From contig CAWJWJ010000001.1 of the NCBI GenBank assembly GCA_963846575.1, forward strand, positions 768,001-832,000: 64,000 bases of DNA, given 5' to 3'. This document shows positions 18,801 to 28,765 of this stretch, one piece after another; within the stretch, counting starts at the first letter, position 1; each line of letters begins with the position of its first letter. Origin of the DNA: an uncultured Nitrospiraceae bacterium (GTDB lineage: Bacteria; Nitrospirota; Nitrospiria; Nitrospirales; Nitrospiraceae). A program made the translations under genes and the position numbers. The notes below the pieces were generated by a model. The model worked only from the letters and a program-made list of their open reading frames with translations, did no database searches and was not told the DNA's origin.

Positions 18801-20360
18801 TTACTTCGGCGGCATGTAGATGACGTGATTGACGGACGCCAGTTTTGCGCGATCCAGCCGATCGACAAGAGCTTGAATAGACCCGTTCATCATCCGCAGG
18901 AAGGGAGACGGATAGAGTCCGATCCACAAAATCATGACCGACAGCGACAAGGCAATGGTGATTTCCCGCATGTGCAAATCTTTGATGGCGGCTGAGACGT
19001 TCTTGGTCAATGGGCCGAGCATCGCCCGCTCGTAATACCAGAGGAAATAAGCTGCTCCAAAGATGACGCCTAGGACGGCGACCGCGCCATACCACCATTT
19101 GGCTTTAAAAGCACCTAACAAGATGAGGAATTCTCCCACGAACCCGTTCGTGCCAGGCAGCCCGATGGACGCCATCCCGATCAGAAGGAGGAAGGTGGCC
19201 AGGAGCGGGACTTGTTTTGCAAATCCTCCGAACGAGGACAGGTCAGAACTTTGCTGTCTGGTCGATAAAAATCCCGCCATGAAGAACAAACCGGCTGTGC
19301 TGAATCCCAGGTTGATCATGGTCAGGAGGCTACCCTGCAGGCCTTGAAAATTCAGCGCAAAGAGGCCGACCACGACGAAACCGAGGTGGCTGATGCTGCT
19401 GAATGCGAGGAGACGTTTGAAGTTCGATTGCACTAAAGCGACGACCGCGCCATAAAGAATCGCGGTGAGCGCCAATATCATGACGATGGAGACTACGCCC
19501 TCGCTTTTTGAAGCATCCGGCAGCAATGGAAAGGTAAAGCGAAGGAATCCATAGGTGCCCAATTTCATGCCCGCCAGCATGACGGCCATGCCGATAGGTC
19601 CTTCCACCAGGGCGTCCGGAAGCCAGGTATGGAATGGAAACACCGGCGCCTTAAAGGCAAATCCCATGAACATCAGCCAGAAAATCAGAATTTGCTGAGA
19701 GAGGGGAATCGGGACTGATAACAATTGCAGCAAGTCGAAGGAGTACACCTCATCGAGGTGATGGGTCACGGCCCATTGATGGTAGTTGATATCGAGCAGC
19801 GCGATGCCCACCAGCATAAACACGCTGCCGAGTAGGGTATAGAGCACATACTTGAGTGCCGCGTAATGGCGTTCTGGTCCCCCACCCCACAACTTAATCA
19901 AGAAGTAACTGGGGATGAGCATCAGTTCCCAGAAGACGAAGAATAAAATGAGGTCAATGGAGACAAAAATCCCGATGGTGGTGGTCTCAAGGGCGAGGAG
20001 CGCCATGAAATACAGCCGGATCTGGTTTCGGACGGTATCCCATGAATAGATCACGACCAGTACGGTCAGGAATGCTGTGAGGCCGACAAAGAGGACACTG
20101 ATACCATCGACCGCCAGGTGATAGCTGATGCCGAGTGCGGGCATCCAGCGGGCATGTTCGGCGAATTGCATCGCTGCGGAATCCGGCACGAAACGCAGCA
20201 ACACCAGGCTCGCGAGTGCGAGTTCTATGAGCGTGATGCCCAGAGCAGTCGTTTTGACGAGGTCATCGTCTTCGATCAACCAGAGGAGTGCCGCCCCAGC
20301 CAAGGGAAGAAAGATCAGATACGAGAGTATGGGAAAACCAAAACTGAACTCTTCAAGCAT
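18801..20360 (-). CDS. nuoM: NADH:quinone oxidoreductase subunit M, first copy
   Basis: LAVDGIS, FFVFWELMLIP, FAFKAPVFPFHTWLPDA, LAFSSISHLG, IGLPGTNGFVGE. Confidence 0.94.
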   Translation of the reverse strand: MLEEFSFGFPILSYLIFLPLAGAALLWLIEDDDLVKTTALGITLIELALASLVLLRFVPDSAAMQFAEHARWMPALGISYHLAVDGISVLFVGLTAFLTVLVVIYSWDTVRNQIRLYFMALLALETTTIGIFVSIDLILFFVFWELMLIPSYFLIKLWGGGPERHYAALKYVLYTLLGSVFMLVGIALLDINYHQWAVTHHLDEVYSFDLLQLLSVPIPLSQQILIFWLMFMGFAFKAPVFPFHTWLPDALVEGPIGMAVMLAGMKLGTYGFLRFTFPLLPDASKSEGVVSIVMILALTAILYGAVVALVQSNFKRLLAFSSISHLGFVVVGLFALNFQGLQGSLLTMINLGFSTAGLFFMAGFLSTRQQSSDLSSFGGFAKQVPLLATFLLLIGMASIGLPGTNGFVGEFLILLGAFKAKWWYGAVAVLGVIFGAAYFLWYYERAMLGPLTKNVSAAIKDLHMREITIALSLSVMILWIGLYPSPFLRMMNGSIQALVDRLDRAKLASVNHVIYMPPK

Positions 20361-20384
20361 TGTGTGTCCAACAACTCCGCTGCG

Positions 20385-22388
20385 TCAGCGTGACGAATAG
20401 CCGGTGGAACCGGATCCCGTCCATATTAAGAGAATCACGTGCACGAGTATAAAGAGTCCGGCCACGATGATGGCCGCATATTGATGCACCATGCCGGTTT
20501 GGAGACGCCGCCATGAGCGTGCCAACAGGTGATTGGCATACCCAATAATATTCAAGAATGCGTAGACGACGTGTTTCTCCGTCCAGGTAATGAAGGCAGA
20601 GCTGGCGTCGGTGCCTCGGTCGACTGATCGGATCAGGCCGTCGATGACGGTGCGGTCGAACCAATCGCAGAATTGTCCCAAACGCTTCGTGGGTTCTACG
20701 AACAAGGTGTCGTAAAGCTCGTCGACATAGTACTTGTGGAGCAGCGTCCTGTAGACGCCGGGCACGCGGTTGGCCAGTGCGTCGGCGGTAGTGGAGTGCC
20801 CGCTGTAGAAATAATGTGCGAGGCCCCAGCCAAGCAGGGCTATGACGGTGGCGGTGCCCATCAAACTCAACATGAGTGCAGGGGCCGTGACATGTTCCTC
20901 CCCGCCCACCGCTGCGACCGAATGAAGGAAATGGTGAAACCAGCCGTTCTCCGGTGGCACACCGGGGAACCCACCGATGACCGACAGCGTCGCCAGGACC
21001 ACCAAGGGCCCGATCATAACCATGGGGGACTCATGGACATGTTCGGCGGTGTGATGGTCCATCCGGGAGGTTCCGTAGAATGTCAGGTACGTCAGGCGAA
21101 ACATATAGAACGATGTCAGAAAGGCACCGAACGCGGCCATCCCGTAGAGAAGATAGTGCTGATGGACGAAGGCATGGCCCATGATCTCGTCCTTACTCCA
21201 AAACCCTGCCAAGGGTGGAATCCCGGCTATTGCGATGGTGCCGATCAAGAAGAGCATGTGAGTCCATGGAATCTTGGACTTCAAGCCGCCCATTTTGCGG
21301 ATATCCTGTTCACCGGAGAGTGCGTGGATGACCGATCCGGCGGACAGAAAGAGGAGCGCTTTGAAAAAGGCGTGCGTCATGAGATGAAAGACTGCGGCGG
21401 TATAGGCGCCCAGGCCGCACCCCAGGAACATGTAGCCAAGTTGGCTCACTGTGGAGTAGGCAAGGACGCGCTTGATGTCGGTTTGGACCAGTCCGATCGT
21501 CGCGGCAAAGAGTGCCGTGAGTCCTCCGATCCAGGCGACGGTCGTCATGGCGACAGGTGACAGATCGAAGATTGCGTGGTTGCGAACAATCATATACACG
21601 CCGGCCGTGACCATGGTGGCGGCATGAATCAGGGCGCTGACCGGGGTAGGGCCTTCCATGGCATCGGGTAGCCAGGTGTAGAGCGGGAGTTGCGCCGATT
21701 TTCCAACCGCGCCGATCAGCAGGCAAAGCGCAATGGCCGTGGCCATCTCAGGCGACAGCTGAGCGGCATTTTGCATGACCTGGGTGTAGTCGAGCGTTCG
21801 AAAGTTGACGAACACGAGGAAGATCGCCAGGAGAAATCCGGCATCCCCGATCCGATTGACCACGAAGGCTTTCGTGGCGGCCTTGGCGGCGGAGACTTTA
21901 TCGTAGTAATAGCCGATGAGCAGATAGGAACAAAGTCCGACACCTTCCCAGCCGATGAACAGGACGACGTAGTTGTTGCCCATGACGAGCAACAGCATGG
22001 AGACCATAAATAGGTTCATGTACACAAAGAATCGGGTAAACCCAGATTCTCCGTGCATGTACCCTACCGAATACACATGGATGAGGAACCCCACGCCGGT
22101 GATGACCAGCAGCATGATGCAGGTCAGCGGATCGATCAAAAAGGCCAGATTGATGGTGAGATCGCCACCGAAGATCCATTTGTAGGCAACGACTTCTCGA
22201 GCCGCCCCCGTTCTCAAGATCTCAGTGAAGACCGCGAGCGAACAGAGGAAGGAAAGCAGGACGGAGCCCCATGCAAAGCGGTGCGCCAAATCGTGGGAAT
22301 AGCGGTGTCCGAGGAGGCCGTTCATCAGAACGGCCAGCAATGGAAACAGCGGAATCAGCTTAACGATTAGATCGATCGAGTCGGACAC
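20385..22388 (-). CDS. nuoL: NADH:quinone oxidoreductase subunit L with elongated lateral helix
   Basis: FIGWEGVGLCSYLLIG, GKSAQLPLYTWLPDAMEGPTPVSALIHAATMV, LAYSTVSQLG, HAFFKALLFL. Confidence 0.96.
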   Translation of the reverse strand: MSDSIDLIVKLIPLFPLLAVLMNGLLGHRYSHDLAHRFAWGSVLLSFLCSLAVFTEILRTGAAREVVAYKWIFGGDLTINLAFLIDPLTCIMLLVITGVGFLIHVYSVGYMHGESGFTRFFVYMNLFMVSMLLLVMGNNYVVLFIGWEGVGLCSYLLIGYYYDKVSAAKAATKAFVVNRIGDAGFLLAIFLVFVNFRTLDYTQVMQNAAQLSPEMATAIALCLLIGAVGKSAQLPLYTWLPDAMEGPTPVSALIHAATMVTAGVYMIVRNHAIFDLSPVAMTTVAWIGGLTALFAATIGLVQTDIKRVLAYSTVSQLGYMFLGCGLGAYTAAVFHLMTHAFFKALLFLSAGSVIHALSGEQDIRKMGGLKSKIPWTHMLFLIGTIAIAGIPPLAGFWSKDEIMGHAFVHQHYLLYGMAAFGAFLTSFYMFRLTYLTFYGTSRMDHHTAEHVHESPMVMIGPLVVLATLSVIGGFPGVPPENGWFHHFLHSVAAVGGEEHVTAPALMLSLMGTATVIALLGWGLAHYFYSGHSTTADALANRVPGVYRTLLHKYYVDELYDTLFVEPTKRLGQFCDWFDRTVIDGLIRSVDRGTDASSAFITWTEKHVVYAFLNIIGYANHLLARSWRRLQTGMVHQYAAIIVAGLFILVHVILLIWTGSGSTGYSSR

Positions 22389-22389
22389 G

Positions 22390-22692
22390 TTACCACTTCA
22401 AAAGATTCATTTCATCGACGTTAGTGGATATCTTGCCGCGGAATACGACAATGATGATGGCCAGCCCAATGGCTGCTTCCCCCGCTGCAATGGCGATGAC
22501 GAAGAGCGCCACGATCTGGCCCTGCATGGAGTCGAGATAATGGGAAAAAGCGACCAGGTTGATGGTGGCCGCGTTCAGCATGATCTCGACCGACATCAGC
22601 ACGATAATGAAATTGCGACGGATCAGCACACCGAGGAGCCCGGTTACGAACAGAATCAGACTCACAGTGACATATGCAGAAAGAGGAATCAT
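22390..22692 (-). CDS. nuoK: NADH:quinone oxidoreductase subunit K
   Basis: RRNFIIVLMSVEIMLNA, IAAGEAAIGLAI; ATG at 22692. Confidence 0.94.
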   Translation of the reverse strand: MIPLSAYVTVSLILFVTGLLGVLIRRNFIIVLMSVEIMLNAATINLVAFSHYLDSMQGQIVALFVIAIAAGEAAIGLAIIIVVFRGKISTNVDEMNLLKW

Positions 22693-22700
22693 AGGTACCG

Positions 22701-23018
22701 TTATGAACTCGAAAGCTTGAGGGACACGATTCCCGTTATGATCAGCATGATGCTGAGAATTCGCCATCCGTCCCGTGATTCCCCGAAGAGGACCATACCG
22801 AGAACCGCCGTACCAGTGGCACCGATTCCAGTCCAGATAGCATAGCCGGTCCCCACGGGAATGGTTTTCAGTGCCATGGCAAGTAACCACACGCTTAACA
22901 GCATCGAGAGACTGAATAGGGTTGTCGGCCAGAGCCGTGAGAACCCTTCCGTATACTTCAAAGCAATGGCCCATCCGATTTCAAATATTCCTGCCATTAC
23001 CAAATACGTCCATGCCAT
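22701..23018 (-). CDS. sugE: SMR-family transporter, SugE/Gdx (guanidinium exporter) subtype
   Basis: 105 aa, 4 TM; AGIFEIGWAIALKYTEGFSRL, PVGTGYAIWTGIGA, FGE; G10/E13/W16/S42/Y59/W62 present. Confidence 0.92.
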   Translation of the reverse strand: MAWTYLVMAGIFEIGWAIALKYTEGFSRLWPTTLFSLSMLLSVWLLAMALKTIPVGTGYAIWTGIGATGTAVLGMVLFGESRDGWRILSIMLIITGIVSLKLSSS

Positions 23019-23030
23019 GGTTGCTTCGCT

Positions 23031-23555
23031 CTAACGATCTGCATTCCGTTTGGCTGCGGCTGGGGTTTTGGCCAAGACAATCGCGCCGACGATCGCCGCT
23101 GTCAGAAACATTCCGATAATCTCGAATTGAAGCAAGTATTCGCTGAACATCTTGATGCCGACGGCATGGGCATCTCCGTTTTGTAGGATGGCCGTCGCGG
23201 TGGCATCGCCCTTTACGCCACTGAACGGAGATTGCACCAGGAGGAATAAAAGGTACAGCAATCCAATGGCGGCAGGCGCCAACAGATACGGTGTCTTGGT
23301 ATGGAAGTACCGATCCTCGGTCTTGAGATTCAGTAACATGAGCACGAAGAGATAGAGGACTAAAATGGCTCCCGCATAGACGATCACTTGGACCGCCCAC
23401 AGAAATTCCGCATTCAGCATGATGAAGAGGCCGGACACGTGCAGCAATAGCGCCAGCAGTGCCAGGCCGCATTGGACCGGATGTTTCAGCGACACCGTCA
23501 GAATGCCGGCGACAATACTCACCACCGCAAAGTACGCGAAGAACACGAAGGCCAT
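23031..23555 (-). CDS. nuoJ: NADH:quinone oxidoreductase subunit J
   Basis: NAEFLWAVQVIVYAGAILVLYLFVLMLL, YLLQFEIIGMFLTAAIVGAI; alternative TTG start at 23570. Confidence 0.92.
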   Translation of the reverse strand: MAFVFFAYFAVVSIVAGILTVSLKHPVQCGLALLALLLHVSGLFIMLNAEFLWAVQVIVYAGAILVLYLFVLMLLNLKTEDRYFHTKTPYLLAPAAIGLLYLLFLLVQSPFSGVKGDATATAILQNGDAHAVGIKMFSEYLLQFEIIGMFLTAAIVGAIVLAKTPAAAKRNADR

Positions 23556-23566
23556 AACGGTATGAT

Positions 23567-24154
23567 TCAACTCAAGTGTTTGGGTTGCGACTGTGTGGGC
23601 TTGAGAACCGATTGCGGGAAATAATAGCGATACTCCCGGCTCTCCTCTGAATTCTTTTCCTGGTTATGGGCGTACAGATATTTCTTTGCGTCCTCAAGAT
23701 GGCGTTCGCCGATCTCATAGAGCCGCTTTTTGTCGAATAGGAGAGTGCGCTTGTCGTGAGTGGAGTATTCATACATTTTGGTCATTGCCAGCGCATTGAC
23801 GGGACAGGCTTCCACGCAGTAGCCACAAAACACGCACTTGGTAATGTCGATATAAAACTCGGTGGCATAACGCTGCAAGGGACGGCTAGGGTCTTCCTGG
23901 CTGATCACCTTGATGCAACGCGAAGGACACGCTGCCTCACAGAGGTCACAGCCCACGCAACGTTCCACGCCATCGTCGTAGCGTAGCAGTCCTAAGGCGC
24001 CGCGGTGACCGTCTGGAATAGTCCGCTGTTCGCGTGGGTATTGAAACGTGATCGGCCGATGGAACATGTGCTTGAAGGTGACCTTCATGGCGTCCCAAAT
24101 TTCATAGAACAACGCAGCCTGCAATACTTTTTTGGTCCACGCCCCGACACTCAT
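23567..24154 (-). CDS. nuoI: NADH:quinone oxidoreductase subunit I
   Basis: TFQYPRE, CVGCDLCEAACP and CVFCGYCVEACP (two [4Fe-4S] motifs). Confidence 0.95.
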   Translation of the reverse strand: MSVGAWTKKVLQAALFYEIWDAMKVTFKHMFHRPITFQYPREQRTIPDGHRGALGLLRYDDGVERCVGCDLCEAACPSRCIKVISQEDPSRPLQRYATEFYIDITKCVFCGYCVEACPVNALAMTKMYEYSTHDKRTLLFDKKRLYEIGERHLEDAKKYLYAHNQEKNSEESREYRYYFPQSVLKPTQSQPKHLS

Positions 24155-24199
24155 GCACATCACCCTCTGCCGACATTAGAAAGACGGACGAGCTTACTC

Positions 24200-26899
24200 T
24201 TACGTTCCGACCTTTTCAATCTGTACTCGTGTTGATTTGAAGTACGGGACTCCCGTCGCTGGGTCAGCCTCCACGGCCATCAAATCTTTGACCGGGGGCT
24301 CATTGAAATGTTCCGGATAGAAGCAGGATCCAGGGAGGACGTCCTGGTCCGCGCGCACGCCGACCTGCACGGCGCCCTGCTGCGAAGTCAACCGCACAAT
24401 GGATTGTTCGGTGAGCCCGAGTTGTTGCAAGTCAGAGGGATTCATCCTCACACGACCTGTGTTTGGCTCAATATTGATGAGCCCTGAGGCCCGCGTGGAC
24501 ATTTTCCCGGAGTGGTAGAGCAATTGGCCGGTCACCAGGGTAAATGGTCGTAGGCCATCCTGTACCTGGGGTTTGGTGCGATACCGAGCTCCGACTTCGG
24601 ACGCATAGCCGTTCGACAAATACGCGTCGGCTGAAGGTGTGACACGACGAGGTTGCCCGAGGTTATAGTAGCCAGGAAGCAGCTTCATGATTTCATTCTG
24701 TACGTCTTGTGCAGACTCATACGGCCATTCGTAGCCTAGTCCATTGGCCAATGAGGTCATGATATGCCAGTCCGGCAAACTTTCTCCGACCTGGTCGAGT
24801 GCCTGGCGCACGCGAAGGACTTTCCCTTCTAGATTGGTGAAGGTGCCATCCTTTTCGGCGTACGTTGCAGCAGGAAGGACGATGTGCGCCATTTGGGCCG
24901 TCTCAGTGAGAAAGGGATCTTGGACAATCAAAAGCTGCAACGTTTCGAGTGTCCCCTTCACATCTAGGGAAACCGGCAAGGTCGCCAAAGGATTTTCGCC
25001 GATGACATAAAGGGCCTTGATCTGCCCGTTTCGTATACGTGCCAGAATTTCTAAGAGATTCGCCCCACTGTCGCCAGCGGGAAGGGTCACATCCCAGGCT
25101 CTGCCGAATCGTTCGCGGGCACTAGGATCGTCAAAGCGTGCTTGTCCCGGCAGGAACTCCGGTGCCACCCCCATGTCCACGGCCCCTTGTTCATTGATTT
25201 CCTCGGTGACCGTCGTCACGCCACATCCTGGTTGACCCAGTTTGCCGGTCACCCAGGCGAGGTCTACGAGTTTCAGCACGTTCTGATAGCCGTTTGTCCG
25301 ACGGACGATGCCTTCCGCGCACAATGCGATGGCGCGCGGGGCTTCCGCGAAGATGGCCGCTACTTCTCGAATCTGTTCGACGGAAATTCCGGTTTGTGCC
25401 GACACCTGCTCCAATGAGACCTGCTCCATGGCCTGCTTTAATGCCGCCAAGGCTTGGGGGTGCCGCGTGGTACTCGGCTCATCAATGAGATCCTGCTCGA
25501 TGACGGACTTGACCAATCCATCGATGAGCAATCCTTCGGTGCCCGGCGTCACCAAGAGCGGATGTGAGGCGAGTTGAGCAATATTGGTGTTGGCCGAATC
25601 CACGACGATGACTTGTGCATGGTAGACGCGGATCGCTTCCTTGATGCGGACCGAGGTCAATGGATTGGTTTCCGTGATGTTGGATCCGATCACCAGCACG
25701 GCCTTGGCTTTGGTCAAGTCCTCCCAATCATTGAGAGGCCGGCCGATGCCCACAGCATGGCGCACGGCATGTACATAATTGAGGTGGCCGTAGCGGGCGC
25801 TGCTATCGAGTTGATTCGACCGGAAGCCGGCGCGCATGAGCTTCTGGAAAAGATACAGCTCCTCATTCGTGCACCGAGCAGTGATGAGCCCGGCAATTGA
25901 TTCCGGTCCGTGCTTGCGATGGATTTCTGACAGCCTGTCGATGACCGCCTGCATGGTTTCGAGCCACGGCGTTTCGGTCAGGGCATCTCCGCGGCGAACG
26001 AGAGGTTGCCGCAAGCGTTGTTCACTGTCGATGTATTGAAAACCAAATCGTCCGCGGACACAGATTCCACCATGGCCCTTGCTCGTCTCTGCGCGGTCGC
26101 CCCATTTATTCTTCCAGGACAGTGGTGAAGTAACTCGAACGACTTCCGTGTCCTTGGTCTCGAGGTGCATCTGGCAACCATCGCCGCAATAGTTGCAGGT
26201 GGTGGTGGTTTTCTTCATCTGCCAGGGTTTGTAAAGATATTTGGAGTACTTGTTCGTGATGGCGCCGACCGGACACACCGCCAGACAATCGCCGCAAAAT
26301 TCGCAAGCCAGCGGTTGATCGCCCTTTGGTACGACTTGATTAAAGCCACCCTTCTTCATGAACTGCAGAGCATCAATCATCAAGACGTCTTTGCAGACAT
26401 TTATGCACTCGGCGCAGGCTATGCAACGGTTCATATTGAAGTCGAGCACCAAGCTGCGTGTGTCTTCCGGGATGAATTTTTGTTTGGCATTGGCGAGGTT
26501 GGTTACGCCATGCTGAAAGGCCATGTCCTGTAGCTCGCAATGGCCGTCGGCATCGCAGACAGGGCAGTCGAGCGGATGAACAGAAAGATGCTTTTCAACT
26601 GCTTTCTTTCTAGCAGCGAAGAGGTCATCGCCTTCGGTGCGGACAACCATGCCGGCCGCGGCCTTGGCCGTACAGGAACGAACCGGCGCTTTCTTTCCTT
26701 CCTGCATGACGAGACACATGCCGCAGGATCCAAAGGGATCGAAGGTATAGTGATAGCACATGGCGGGAATGATCTTGCCCGTGCTGGCGATGACATCGTA
26801 GAGCGAGACACCGTCTTTTGCCGAGACCGTTCGTCCGTCTATGGACAGTTCGATCGTGGCGGCTTCGACGTCGGGATTGGTTGCTGGTTTCAAACCCAT
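24200..26899 (-). CDS. nuoG: NuoG-like Fe-S subunit with a formate-dehydrogenase-like molybdopterin-oxidoreductase fold
   Basis: [2Fe-2S] C..GSCGMC..C; HPLDCPVCDADGHC; CIACAECINVC and CEFCGDCLAVCP; CNYCGDGC...C; AEKDGTFTNLEG; located in the nuo operon. Confidence 0.88.
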   Translation of the reverse strand: MGLKPATNPDVEAATIELSIDGRTVSAKDGVSLYDVIASTGKIIPAMCYHYTFDPFGSCGMCLVMQEGKKAPVRSCTAKAAAGMVVRTEGDDLFAARKKAVEKHLSVHPLDCPVCDADGHCELQDMAFQHGVTNLANAKQKFIPEDTRSLVLDFNMNRCIACAECINVCKDVLMIDALQFMKKGGFNQVVPKGDQPLACEFCGDCLAVCPVGAITNKYSKYLYKPWQMKKTTTTCNYCGDGCQMHLETKDTEVVRVTSPLSWKNKWGDRAETSKGHGGICVRGRFGFQYIDSEQRLRQPLVRRGDALTETPWLETMQAVIDRLSEIHRKHGPESIAGLITARCTNEELYLFQKLMRAGFRSNQLDSSARYGHLNYVHAVRHAVGIGRPLNDWEDLTKAKAVLVIGSNITETNPLTSVRIKEAIRVYHAQVIVVDSANTNIAQLASHPLLVTPGTEGLLIDGLVKSVIEQDLIDEPSTTRHPQALAALKQAMEQVSLEQVSAQTGISVEQIREVAAIFAEAPRAIALCAEGIVRRTNGYQNVLKLVDLAWVTGKLGQPGCGVTTVTEEINEQGAVDMGVAPEFLPGQARFDDPSARERFGRAWDVTLPAGDSGANLLEILARIRNGQIKALYVIGENPLATLPVSLDVKGTLETLQLLIVQDPFLTETAQMAHIVLPAATYAEKDGTFTNLEGKVLRVRQALDQVGESLPDWHIMTSLANGLGYEWPYESAQDVQNEIMKLLPGYYNLGQPRRVTPSADAYLSNGYASEVGARYRTKPQVQDGLRPFTLVTGQLLYHSGKMSTRASGLINIEPNTGRVRMNPSDLQQLGLTEQSIVRLTSQQGAVQVGVRADQDVLPGSCFYPEHFNEPPVKDLMAVEADPATGVPYFKSTRVQIEKVGT

Positions 26900-26973
26900 C
26901 TAATTACCTCAAGTCAAAAGCAAACGGTGGCGGTGCACACCGCTCCGCGCTCTTTCCTTTGCTGTATCGGTCT

Positions 26974-28221
26974 TCATCGATCGCATTCCCCCATGACGAT
27001 ATCGTACGTTCCGAAGATCGTCACGGCATCGGCGATCATGTAGCCTTTCGACATATGATCGAACGCTCCCATGTGGATAAATGAGGGAGCGCGGATTTTC
27101 AGTCGGTACGGTTTGCCGCCGCCCGTGCTGACGATATAGAAACCTAACTCACCTTTGTGAGCCTCTGTCCCGCAATAGATTTCTCCCGGTGGAGCGTTGA
27201 ATCCTTGAGAGAACAATTTGAACTGCTGGATCATAGCTTCGAGGTTCGTGAACACCCGTTCTTTCGGAGGGAGCGTGACGCTGGGCACATCCGCCATAAT
27301 CGGCCCCTCCTGGATTTGCTCGAGACATTGGCGGATAATCTTGACGCTTTCATACAACTCTTGCACGCGAATCCAATACCGGTCATAGGTGTCACCGTTC
27401 TTGCCGACCGGGACGCTGAATTCACATTTTGGATAGGCCGAATAGGGTTCGTACTTGCGAAGATCGTAATCCACGCCCGATCCACGAAGAGTGGGTCCGC
27501 TTAACCCAAAACTCAACGCATCCTCCGCTGAAATCACCGCCACGCCCTTCGTTCGCGCGAGCCAAATGCGGTTCTTCTCTAGGAAGATCACGTACTCATC
27601 AATCTTCGGCGGAAAATAATCCAGAAATTGTTTCAGTTTGGCGAACAGGGACGGTGTGAAGTCCCGCTCTACGCCGCCGATCCGATACCAGCTGGTAGTC
27701 AGGCGGGCGCCACACAATTCATCAAACCAATCCAGAAGAATCTCACGATCTCGGAAGCAATAGAAAAACACGGTCATCGCTCCGATGTCGAGAGCTTGCG
27801 TGCCGAGCCAGAACTGGTGTCCGATAATGCGTTGGATTTCCGCAACGATCGTGCGCAGATATTCGGCGCGGTCAGGCACCGTGATGTTCATTAATTTTTC
27901 GACGGCACGACAGTAGGCGAAGTTGTTGTACATCGCGCAGACGTAATCAAGGCGGTCCGTGTGCGGGATGAACTGGTGATAGGTTCCTTCCTCCGCCAGC
28001 TTTTCCACGCCGCGATGGAGAAAGCCCATGACCGGCGTTGACTTGACAAGTCGCTCTCCCTCCAGTTCGAGAATCACCTTAAGCACTCCGTGCGTGCTGG
28101 GATGTTGCGGTCCCATGTTCAGCAGGAGTTCTTCGGTCCGGAGCGTCGGAAGCGTCTCGCTTTCAGGATGCTCGGGATCGACCCTATAGACTGTGGTTCT
28201 TTGATCTTCGAACTGTGCCAT
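26974..28221 (-). CDS. nuoD: NADH:quinone oxidoreductase subunit D
   Basis: LNMGPQHPSTHGVL, GFLHRGVEK, DRLDY, KGELGFY, RAPSF, terminal GECDR. Confidence 0.96.
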   Translation of the reverse strand: MAQFEDQRTTVYRVDPEHPESETLPTLRTEELLLNMGPQHPSTHGVLKVILELEGERLVKSTPVMGFLHRGVEKLAEEGTYHQFIPHTDRLDYVCAMYNNFAYCRAVEKLMNITVPDRAEYLRTIVAEIQRIIGHQFWLGTQALDIGAMTVFFYCFRDREILLDWFDELCGARLTTSWYRIGGVERDFTPSLFAKLKQFLDYFPPKIDEYVIFLEKNRIWLARTKGVAVISAEDALSFGLSGPTLRGSGVDYDLRKYEPYSAYPKCEFSVPVGKNGDTYDRYWIRVQELYESVKIIRQCLEQIQEGPIMADVPSVTLPPKERVFTNLEAMIQQFKLFSQGFNAPPGEIYCGTEAHKGELGFYIVSTGGGKPYRLKIRAPSFIHMGAFDHMSKGYMIADAVTIFGTYDIVMGECDR

Positions 28222-28249
28222 GATTCTTCAATGCCTAAGGAAGTTCGCC

Positions 28250-28747
28250 CTAGCGCGTAGGCTCATCCAAGAACTCGAATGTATCCCGCCATCCTCTACC
28301 CCGGAGAGGAAAATCTTTGCGCAGAGGATAGCCTTCTTCATATTCGTCGGGCATCAAAATGCGGCGCAGGTCAGGGTGGTTGCGAAACCGGATCCCCATC
28401 ATGTCGTACACTTCGCGCTCCATGAAGTCGGCGCCTTTCCAAACATCAGTCAAGGAGTCCACGATGGCATCCGATTCTGGAACCCGAGTTTTGAGGCGGA
28501 TGCGCTGACGTGTCTGGATTGAATAGACCTCATAGACGACCTCGAATCGTTCCTCGTCATCAGGCCAATCCACCGAACTCACGTGGACAATATAATCAAA
28601 CCTCAACGACGGGTCGTCCCGGAGAAATCGGGCTACGTCGTGCAAGGATTCCCGCTTGACGATGACGGCCACATCTCCGCGCCACTCCGTTGTCTTGCTC
28701 ACCGCGCCGGGAAAAGTTTCCTGAACTCGTTTGACCAGCTCACTCAT
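28250..28747 (-). CDS. nuoC: NADH:quinone oxidoreductase subunit C
   Basis: RFEVVY, EREVYDMMGIRFRNHPDLRRILMP, PLRKDFPL. Confidence 0.95.
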   Translation of the reverse strand: MSELVKRVQETFPGAVSKTTEWRGDVAVIVKRESLHDVARFLRDDPSLRFDYIVHVSSVDWPDDEERFEVVYEVYSIQTRQRIRLKTRVPESDAIVDSLTDVWKGADFMEREVYDMMGIRFRNHPDLRRILMPDEYEEGYPLRKDFPLRGRGWRDTFEFLDEPTR

Positions 28748-28765
28748 CGACTCCGCTCCTACCGC

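Noticed and set aside
22693..22974. Apparent long NuoK or SMR-NuoK fusion
   Set aside because: The extension is an alternative frame of the smr gene, which has its own stop at 22701
23019..23030. Guanidine riboswitch upstream of the Gdx-like gene
   Set aside because: Only 12 nt separate it from nuoJ, and no motif was seen
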